This document shows positions 7,809 through 13,757 of a stretch of DNA of 13,757 nt, in pieces (within the stretch, counting starts at the first letter, position 1; each line of letters opens with the position of its first letter). The notes beneath the pieces are model-generated. The model was given only the letters and a program-made list of their open reading frames with translations, was not told the DNA's origin and did no database searches. The stretch is taken from the NCBI GenBank assembly GCA_031370785.1, contig JANMQY010000024.1, forward strand, positions 1 through 13,757, in the 5' to 3' direction. Both the position numbers and the translations under genes were made by a program. This DNA is from Candidatus Eiseniibacteriota bacterium. GTDB taxonomy: Bacteria; Eisenbacteria; RBG-16-71-46.

Positions 7809-7976
7809 TTGAAGATCAGGGAACTGTTCCAGCCCCACACGGTGCGTTACGTGGTTTACGAGGACGCGCGCCGGGTGAGCAGTCATATATTCGTTCGCAA
7901 CCGAATGGAAGAGGCGATCGAGTACTTCTTGCGCGATCCGCCTCCAGACGCCCAGATCACGGTGACCACGGAATAA
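7809..7976 (+). CDS. Small hypothetical protein or C-terminal gene remnant (55 aa, TTG start), not in the ORF track
   Basis: Reads MKIRELFQPHTVRYVVYEDARRVSSHIFVRNRMEEAIEYFLRDPPPDAQITVTTE-TAA. Composition is protein-like and the ORF fills the gap between the NCS1 gene and the next gene. The RBS is weak. Confidence 0.45.
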   Translation: MKIRELFQPHTVRYVVYEDARRVSSHIFVRNRMEEAIEYFLRDPPPDAQITVTTE

Positions 7977-7997
7977 CCACTGACGCGAGGAGGAATC

Positions 7998-8216
7998 ATG
8001 CGGATCGTTGGAATCATTCTGGTGGTGGCGGGATTGTGCGCACTGCTGTTCGGCGGCGGATTCAACTACAACAAGACCGAGAACGTCGCGCAGATCGGCG
8101 ACCTCAAGATGCAGGTCACCGAGAAGAAGCAGTTCGCGATTCCGCCGCTGGTCTCGGGGATCGCGATCGGGCTGGGCGTGATTCTGTTCTTCATGGATCG
8201 GCGCAAGAGCGCCTGA
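7998..8216 (+). CDS. Small two-TM membrane protein, DUF3185-like (72 aa)
   Basis: Strong SD GAGGAGG. MRIVGIILVVAG...VAQIGDLK...IPPLVSGIAIGLGVILF gives two hydrophobic helices around a beta-hairpin-like loop. The family label is tentative. Confidence 0.85.
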   Translation: MRIVGIILVVAGLCALLFGGGFNYNKTENVAQIGDLKMQVTEKKQFAIPPLVSGIAIGLGVILFFMDRRKSA

Positions 8217-8235
8217 TCGTTTCCCTCACGGCCGC

Positions 8236-9498
8236 GTGAGTTCGAGCTCGAGCGCACCGGGCGCCACGGCATTCGCCGCGACCGCGGCCGCCGAGGCGCC
8301 CGGGCAGTGGCGCGCGCTCGGCTGGCTCGCGCTCGCGACGCTGCTCGCGATGAGCACGTGGTTCTCAGGCACAGCCGTGGTGCGGCCGCTGCGCGAGGCC
8401 TGGCACCTGAGCCCCGCGGCGGCGGCGTGGCTCACCATCGCGGTGCAGATCGGATTCGTCGCGGGCTCGGCGGTCGCCGCGCTCACCAACCTGCTGGATG
8501 TGGCGCCACCGCGGCGCGTGTTCTGGATCGCGAGCCTGGGCGCAGCGGCGGCGAATGCGCTCTTCGCCACCGCGAGCGGAGCGCCGGGCGGGATCGCGCT
8601 GCGCTTCGCGACCGGCTTCTTCCTCGCCGGCGTCTATCCGACCGCGCTCAAGGTGATGGCGACCTGGTTCTTGCGCAATCGCGGCCGCGCGCTCGGGATC
8701 ATGGTCGGCGCGCTCACGCTGGGATCGGCGGCGCCGCATCTGGTCAACGCATTCGGCGGGCTCGACTGGCGCGCCGCGGTGCTCGCCAGCTCGGCGCTCA
8801 CGCTGGCGGGCGGCGCGATCGCCGCGCTGGCGGTGGGCGAGGGGCCATTCCCGTTTCCGCGCGCGCGCTTCGATCCCAGGCAGGCGGGGCGCGTGCTGCG
8901 CGACCGCGGCGTGCGGCTCGCGTGCATGGGCTACTTCGGCCACATGTGGGAGCTATACGCAATGTGGGGCTGGTTCCTCGTGTTCTTCGATGACTGCATG
9001 CGCCGCGCCGGCGTCTTGAACGCAACGCGCCTCGCTTCCCTTGCGACCTTCGCCGTGATTGGCGCGGGGTTCGCGGGGAGCTGGGCGTGCGGTGCGCTGA
9101 GCGACCGCTGGGGACGCACGCGCGCGACGATGCTGGCGCTCGCGCTCTCGAGCGCATGCGCGCTCACGATCGGATTCCTGCTCGGCGCACCGCCCTGGCT
9201 GGTGCTCGCGGTCGGACTGATCTGGGGCGCGAGCGTGGTCGCGGACTCGGCACAGTTCTCGACCATGGTCACCGAGCTCGCCGATCCTTCCTATGTGGGC
9301 ACGGCGCTCACGCTCCAGCTCGGCATCGGCTTCACGCTCACGATCGCGACGCTGTGGCTGGTGCCGCTGGTTCGAGATCACGCGGGCTGGGGCTGGGCGT
9401 TCGCGCTGCTCGTACCAGGTCCGATCATCGGCCTCATCAGCATGGCGCGACTGCGCACCGCGCCCGAGGCGAGCCGCCTCGGCGGCGGGAGGGGCTGA
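8236..9498 (+). CDS. MFS transporter (420 aa)
   Basis: About 12 hydrophobic segments, motif-A-like GALSDRWGR, LRFATGFFLAGVYP, GYFGHMWELYAMW and ADSAQFS. The GTG start is uncertain. Confidence 0.9.
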   Translation: MSSSSSAPGATAFAATAAAEAPGQWRALGWLALATLLAMSTWFSGTAVVRPLREAWHLSPAAAAWLTIAVQIGFVAGSAVAALTNLLDVAPPRRVFWIASLGAAAANALFATASGAPGGIALRFATGFFLAGVYPTALKVMATWFLRNRGRALGIMVGALTLGSAAPHLVNAFGGLDWRAAVLASSALTLAGGAIAALAVGEGPFPFPRARFDPRQAGRVLRDRGVRLACMGYFGHMWELYAMWGWFLVFFDDCMRRAGVLNATRLASLATFAVIGAGFAGSWACGALSDRWGRTRATMLALALSSACALTIGFLLGAPPWLVLAVGLIWGASVVADSAQFSTMVTELADPSYVGTALTLQLGIGFTLTIATLWLVPLVRDHAGWGWAFALLVPGPIIGLISMARLRTAPEASRLGGGRG

Positions 9499-10917
9499 AT
9501 GATCGTCCCCGCGCTGCGCCGCGCGATGGGGCTGCGCGACGTCGTGCTGTTCTTGATCGTCGCGGTGGTCGGCATTCGCTGGATCGCGACCGCGGCGGCC
9601 GTGGGCCCGAGCGCGCTGGTCATCTGGCTGATCGGATTCTTCGCGCTGTTCGTGCCGCTCGCCTTTGCAGTGGTCGAGCTGTCCTCGCGCCATCCAGGAG
9701 AGGGCGGGCTCTACGTCTGGACCCGGCATGCGTTCGGTGACTATCCGGGGTTCCTCGCGGGCTGGATGTACTGGTCCAGCAACCTCAGTTACTTCCCGGG
9801 CCTGCTCTACTTCAGCGCCGCGAGCGCGCTCTACGCGTTCGGGTCGCACGGGCACGCGTTGTCGGCCAGCGTTCCCTACTTCGTGATCGCCTCGCTCGCG
9901 GGACTCGCGATCGCGCTCTGGCTCAACGTGGTCGGACTCAACGTGGGCAAGCACCTGCACAACGCGGGCGCGTGGGGCACGTGGGTGCCGGTCGCGCTGC
10001 TGGTCGTGGCGGGGTTCGTCGCCTTGTCGCGTTTCGGCTCCGCCAACGAGTTCACCGCGAGCACGCTCACGCCGAGCGCACATCTTCAGGATCTCGTTCT
10101 CTGGTCCACGATCGCCTTTGCGTTCTGCGGCGTCGAGTCCGCGTCGTTCCTGGGAGATGAGATCGAGGATGCGCGCCGCACCATTCCGCGCGCGATCGTG
10201 CTCGCGGGCGCGGCGATCACCGCGATCTATTTCCTCGGCACGCTCGCGGTGCTGCTCGCCTTACCCAAGAGCGAGGTGACCGGGCTCGCCGGAATCCTCG
10301 AAGCGATCTCGCGCGTCGGCTCGAAGGTCGGCGCGCCGTGGATCGCGCCCGCCGCGGCGCTGCTCACCGCGATCGGCGGGATCGGCGGAGTCGGCGCGTG
10401 GCTGGCCTCCAACGGAAGGCTCACGTTCGTGGCCGGAGTCGATCGCTATCTACCGCCCGCGTTCGGCAAGCTGCATCCCCGGTACGGGACACCGCACGTC
10501 GCGTTGCTCGTGCAAGGCGCGGGCGCCGCGCTGTTCACCGCGTTGAGCCAGGCCGGCACCGGAGTCAAAGGCGCGTACGATGCGCTCGTTTCCATGACCG
10601 TGCTCGCGTACTTCATTCCGCTGCTGCTCGTCTTCGCGGCGCTGATCGCGGCGCAAGGCGAGCCCGCGCCCCCTGGCACGGTGCGAGTGCCGGGCGGAAA
10701 GCCGGTCGCGATCACGATGGGCGTGCTGGGATTCCTGACCACCGCGGTCTCGATGGTGCTCGCCGCGCTTCCGCCGGCTGATGCGCAGAACACGGCGCTC
10801 GCGGTGGGCAAGGTGATCGGCGGAACGTTGCTGCTGCTCGCGGTTGGATCGTTGCTCTATGCGCGGGGTCGCGCGCGCGCTCAGTCGGCGGAGAGGTCCC
10901 GCGCCAGCAGCCGATGA
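9499..10917 (+). CDS. APC-family amino acid/polyamine permease (472 aa)
   Basis: LRRAMGLRD, ELSSRHPGEGGLYVW, FAFCGVES, RTIPRAI, LPPAFGKLHPRYGTPHVAL. The ATG directly follows the MFS stop, with GGAGG inside the MFS 3' end (translational coupling). Confidence 0.92.
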   Translation: MIVPALRRAMGLRDVVLFLIVAVVGIRWIATAAAVGPSALVIWLIGFFALFVPLAFAVVELSSRHPGEGGLYVWTRHAFGDYPGFLAGWMYWSSNLSYFPGLLYFSAASALYAFGSHGHALSASVPYFVIASLAGLAIALWLNVVGLNVGKHLHNAGAWGTWVPVALLVVAGFVALSRFGSANEFTASTLTPSAHLQDLVLWSTIAFAFCGVESASFLGDEIEDARRTIPRAIVLAGAAITAIYFLGTLAVLLALPKSEVTGLAGILEAISRVGSKVGAPWIAPAAALLTAIGGIGGVGAWLASNGRLTFVAGVDRYLPPAFGKLHPRYGTPHVALLVQGAGAALFTALSQAGTGVKGAYDALVSMTVLAYFIPLLLVFAALIAAQGEPAPPGTVRVPGGKPVAITMGVLGFLTTAVSMVLAALPPADAQNTALAVGKVIGGTLLLLAVGSLLYARGRARAQSAERSRASSR

Positions 10918-11975
10918 AAGTGATGCACTCCCTGCTCGCGCGTCGGCGAATAGCGTCCGCGGTTGTAGAGGCGCGAGCGGAGCCCGATCTGCACGCTCTC
11001 GACGATCGCCTCGTCCTCGCGCTCGACGCGATCCAGCGCGCCGCCCGCCCCGCCATCGATTCGTGACGCATCCCAGACGTAGGTGAGGTACGCCACGCGA
11101 GTGAGATCCACCGCGAGCGGATGGACCACGTTGATCGACACGCCCCACGGATAGACGTTGAACATGGTGTTGGGATAGACCCAGAACCAGTACGCGGCGA
11201 TCCTGCGCCCGTGATCCACCGAGGACTTGGGCAGATCGATCGCAGCCTCGCCGCCCTTGGCAACGCCCACCTGCAGGCTGCCCCACGGGAAAAGCTCGGT
11301 GCGGTACTCGCCGTAGTCGATCGCCTCGCTCAGTTCGGCATGCACGTAGGGGATGTGGAAACCCTCGAGATAGTTGTCGCAGTAGAGCGCCCAGTTGGCG
11401 CGCACCCGGTAGTCGCGCGAGCGCGTCGAGTCGAACGACACCTGATCGAGCGGCAGTCCCGCGCATCGCTCGCGCAGCGGCGCGAGCACCTGATCGAGCG
11501 GCGCAGCGGGCTTGAGCGAAGCGAACAGGAACGGGCCCCACGCTCCATGCGCGACGCGCGGCAGATCATCGGCGGGGGAGGGAAAGTTCTTCGCCTCTTC
11601 GAACTCGGGCATGAACTGAAACCGCCCATCCAGCCCGAAACGCCGCCCGTGATAGCGGCAGCGCAGCACGGTCTCGACGCCCTCGCCTTCGCACACGCGG
11701 TGCCCGCGGTGGGTGCACACGTTGGAAAGGCAATGCAGCCGATCCTCGCGATCGCGCGTGAACAGCAGCGCATCGTCCAGCACGCCTTCCAGCAGCGTGA
11801 ACGGATGTACCTGCCCGGGCACCCTCACCCGGGCGGTGTCCGTCACGAACTGCCAGCTCGGAGCGAACACGCGCTCCCGCTGCAGCTCGAACACCCCGGG
11901 GTCCGCGTAAGACCAGCCCGGCAAGGTCTCCGCCTGGCGGATGTCTTCGTGGATCGAAATCTTGGGTTGGCTCAT
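10881..11975 (-). CDS. Rieske non-heme iron oxygenase alpha subunit, choline monooxygenase/CntA-like (364 aa)
   Basis: Rieske ligands CTH...CRYH. Mononuclear-iron segment NWALYCDNYLEGFHIPYVH and ED..IVESVQ.GL.S. ATG 11975 is preferred over the 12068 start in the ORF track. Confidence 0.92.
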   Translation of the reverse strand: MSQPKISIHEDIRQAETLPGWSYADPGVFELQRERVFAPSWQFVTDTARVRVPGQVHPFTLLEGVLDDALLFTRDREDRLHCLSNVCTHRGHRVCEGEGVETVLRCRYHGRRFGLDGRFQFMPEFEEAKNFPSPADDLPRVAHGAWGPFLFASLKPAAPLDQVLAPLRERCAGLPLDQVSFDSTRSRDYRVRANWALYCDNYLEGFHIPYVHAELSEAIDYGEYRTELFPWGSLQVGVAKGGEAAIDLPKSSVDHGRRIAAYWFWVYPNTMFNVYPWGVSINVVHPLAVDLTRVAYLTYVWDASRIDGGAGGALDRVEREDEAIVESVQIGLRSRLYNRGRYSPTREQGVHHFHRLLARDLSAD

Positions 11976-11984
11976 GGGTCGCGC

Positions 11985-11990
11985 ATTATG
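11985..11990 (-). promoter_or_regulatory. -10 element (CATAAT) of a probable leaderless or very short-leader promoter for the Rieske gene
   Basis: Minus strand reads GG-CATAAT-GCGCGACCC-ATG, with no SD. Confidence 0.45.
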
Positions 11991-12076
11991 CCTGCAAGCC
12001 GAGTCCGCCGCGATGGGGGTCAGATTGGGCGTCAGTAGAAAGGCCCGATTAGGGAAAGACCCAATCACCGAAGCGC

Positions 12077-12228
12077 GCCATGGGGTGGGGGTTGAGGTAT
12101 TCAGGAGGGGGCTCGAGACGCGTCGAGCGGCCAGGATGGCCGCCGGTGCCGTCTCGATGAGCGAGGCGGAGGCAGGATGCCGTAGCCGAGCGTACCCCTC
12201 CTGAATACCTCAACCCCCACCCCATGGC
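12077..12228. mobile_element. 152-bp palindromic MITE/REP-like element with perfect 34-bp terminal inverted repeats
   Basis: 12077-12110 (GCCATGGGGTGGGGGTTGAGGTATTCAGGAGGGG) is the exact reverse complement of 12195-12228. The 84-bp interior is structured and non-coding. The repeat is certain; mobility is inferred. Confidence 0.6.
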
Positions 12229-12265
12229 CAAGCCATCGGAGAGGGGGGTTTTCAACCCGTTCGAC

Positions 12266-12286
12266 ATTTGACGAACTACTTCAAAT
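12266..12286. promoter_or_regulatory. Dyad ATTTGA-N9-TCAAAT over the -35, candidate Rrf2/IscR-like operator
   Basis: Perfect 6-bp arms. TTGAC-N8-TCAA spacing resembles the IscR type-1 core YYGAC-N7-GTCRR with one mismatch. Confidence 0.45.
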
Positions 12287-12296
12287 CCGGTAGGTT
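12268..12296 (+). promoter_or_regulatory. sigma70-type promoter of the MerR-iscA-sufC operon
   Basis: TTGACG (12268-12273), 17-nt spacer, TAGGTT (12291-12296), in a locally AT-richer patch. Confidence 0.7.
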
Positions 12297-12304
12297 CCGA
12301 CCGC

Positions 12305-12326
12305 ACTCTAACGTGTACGTGAGGGT
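12305..12326. promoter_or_regulatory. MerR-family operator dyad ACTCTAACGT-GT-ACGTGAGGGT
   Basis: 10-bp arms with 8/10 complementarity. The CTMACGT-Nn-ACGTKAG core resembles TipA/Mta operators. It lies immediately upstream of a MerR gene and overlaps its SD-like GAGGG. Confidence 0.7.
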
Positions 12327-12332
12327 TCGATC

Positions 12333-12881
12333 TTGAGCATCCAGGACGTCAGCACACCGCATCTTCTCCGGATCGGAGACCTTGCCCGGCTTACGGGTAA
12401 GACGGTGCGGGCCATCCACCTTTATGAGGAGCAGGGGCTGCTCCATCCGGCGACCCGCTCGAGCGGTGGATTCCGGCTGTATGAGGAGCACGCGGTCGAA
12501 CGCGTGCGCTGGATCGATCTGCTGCACGGGCTGGGGTTCTCGCTGCATGAGATGCGCGAGCTGCTCACCTCGTGGTGGAAGGCGGGGCTCGGCCCCGATG
12601 CCATGGATCAGCTCCGCACGCTGTTCCAGCGCAAGCTCGCGGAAACGCGCGAGGCGATCGTGCGGCATCAGCAGCTCGAGAACGAGTTGAACGAGGGACT
12701 GCGCTACCTGGAGACGTGCCGCGTGTGCGCGACGCCCGCGAGCGTCAAGGGTTGCGTGCACTGCACCCAGGATCACGGAATGGGCCGCGAGCCGGCACTG
12801 GTTGCCGGGATCGTCACCGCGAACGAGAACGCGCGCCGTGCGACGCGGCCGGGGTTCGTCCGCGTCGAAGAGATCGAATAG
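12333..12881 (+). CDS. MerR-family transcriptional regulator with C-terminal CxxC-x8-CxxC (182 aa, TTG start)
   Basis: The HTH reads LRIGDLARLTGKTVRAIHLYEEQGLL.P..RSSGGFRLY, then LGFSLHEMRELL and a coiled-coil helix. C129, C132, C141 and C144 follow. Confidence 0.93.
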   Translation: MSIQDVSTPHLLRIGDLARLTGKTVRAIHLYEEQGLLHPATRSSGGFRLYEEHAVERVRWIDLLHGLGFSLHEMRELLTSWWKAGLGPDAMDQLRTLFQRKLAETREAIVRHQQLENELNEGLRYLETCRVCATPASVKGCVHCTQDHGMGREPALVAGIVTANENARRATRPGFVRVEEIE

Positions 12882-12928
12882 CAGGATCACGGTCGCCCGA
12901 GAACCACAGCAGGAAAGGAGCAACGCTC

Positions 12929-13252
12929 ATGATCAGCCTCACCGCCGTGGCCGCACAGAAGGTGAAGGATCTGCTGGCCCAGCGGGGCATTCCCGAGCAC
13001 GGCCTGCGCCTCGGAGTCCGGGGCGGCGGATGTTCGGGCAATTCGTACTTCATGGAATTCTGCGAGGGCGCGACCGACAGCGACGAGATCGTCGAGAGTC
13101 AGGGCGTGAAGCTCATCGTCGACCGCAAGAGCGCGATGCTCTTGGGCGGCACCGAGGTGGACTTCGTGAGCGGCCTGATGGGCGCGGGCTTCAAATTCAA
13201 CAACCCGAACGTGAAGCACAGCTGCGCCTGCGGGGAAAGCTTCTCCGCATAG
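12929..13252 (+). CDS. iscA: A-type Fe-S cluster carrier, HesB/IscA/SufA family (107 aa)
   Basis: [28 protein letters not shown]...CACGESF contain all three conserved Cys. SD AAAGGAG at 12914-12920. Could equally be named sufA from context. Confidence 0.95.
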   Translation: MISLTAVAAQKVKDLLAQRGIPEHGLRLGVRGGGCSGNSYFMEFCEGATDSDEIVESQGVKLIVDRKSAMLLGGTEVDFVSGLMGAGFKFNNPNVKHSCACGESFSA

Positions 13253-13412
13253 GCGATGCAGGGACGACGTGGCGCAAAGTGCCCGTCGAGCAGGATCGAA
13301 AGCAGTGCCCAAAAAAACCAAAGCCGGAACGCCGGATGTGTCGCCCGTCGGGGCGGGCATCGGCGCTCCTCGAACCCGCCGCTCGATGAGAGGCCGGAGA
13401 GAACCACTGGAC

Positions 13413-13757
13413 ATGAGCCCAACGCCTGAACTGATCGTGAAAGACCTCCACGTCGCGGTGGAGGGCAAGGAGATTCTAACGGGGCTTTCGCTCGAAGTGC
13501 GCAAGGGCGAAATCCACGCGCTCATGGGTCCGAACGGATCGGGCAAGAGCACGTTCGCGAACACGCTGATGGGCCATCCGCGTTACGAGGTGACGTCGGG
13601 CGACATCCAGTTCAAGGGCGAGAGCATCCTCCAACTGAAGCCGGACGAGCGTTCACGCGCGGGTCTGTTCATGGCATTCCAGTATCCGGTCGCGATTCCG
13701 GGGGTGACGGTCGCGAACTTCCTGCGCACCGCGCTAAATGCGCGCATTGCCCCGCCG
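13413..13757 (+). CDS. sufC: Fe-S cluster assembly ATPase SufC (5' part, runs off the window; not in the ORF track)
   Basis: My translation: [108 protein letters not shown]. It has a Walker A motif and the SufC-typical [18 protein letters not shown]. Confidence 0.95.
   Translation, partial: MSPTPELIVKDLHVAVEGKEILTGLSLEVRKGEIHALMGPNGSGKSTFANTLMGHPRYEVTSGDIQFKGESILQLKPDERSRAGLFMAFQYPVAIPGVTVANFLRTALNARIAPP

Noticed and set aside
6404..8239. 611-aa alternative-frame ORF and the many other Arg/Ala/Gly-rich overlapping ORFs in the track
   Set aside because: Expected off-frame ORFs in high-GC coding DNA, with no recognisable motifs.
12023..12066. 7-bp inverted repeat GATTGGG...CCCAATC upstream of the Rieske gene
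   Set aside because: Short arms 30 nt apart cannot be distinguished from chance without comparative data.
12333..12881. Calling the regulator soxR, cueR, zntR or merR
   Set aside because: Cys spacing (CxxC-x8-CxxC) and promoter geometry match none of these, so no symbol was assigned.
12572..12928. 119-aa N-terminal extension of IscA in the ORF track
   Set aside because: It overlaps the MerR gene. The true start is ATG 12929, with a strong SD and a family-typical N-terminus.
13308..13336. Possible minus-strand intrinsic terminator (T-run after CCGG-CGTT-CCGG)
   Set aside because: The stem is only 4 bp, the T-run is interrupted and offset, and no minus-strand gene ends here.

Overview
High-GC bacterial chromosomal window. 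The gene content is suggestive of Ca. Eisenbacteria or another FCB-superphylum relative (inference only). In order: the 3' end of an unknown CDS; a Hanks-type Ser/Thr kinase with TolB-like and TPR domains; a secreted DUF1579-like gene with its own promoter, bracketed by a perfect 20-bp direct repeat of the kinase 3' end; a secreted 14-repeat FG-GAP/VCBS protein with Ig-like and C-terminal sorting-type domains (minus strand); an NCS1 permease, two small ORFs, an MFS transporter and an APC permease; a convergent choline-monooxygenase-like Rieske oxygenase. Divergent from the oxygenase, and separated from it by a 152-bp palindromic MITE-like element, is the start of an Fe-S assembly operon (MerR-family regulator, A-type carrier iscA/sufA, sufC). 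The best candidate for an undescribed system is this operon head. The MerR regulator has a CxxC-x8-CxxC cluster, a MerR-type dyad lies downstream of a 17-bp-spacer promoter (repressor geometry), and a separate Rrf2/IscR-like dyad covers the -35. No rRNA, tRNA, CRISPR array, transposase or integrase was recognised.
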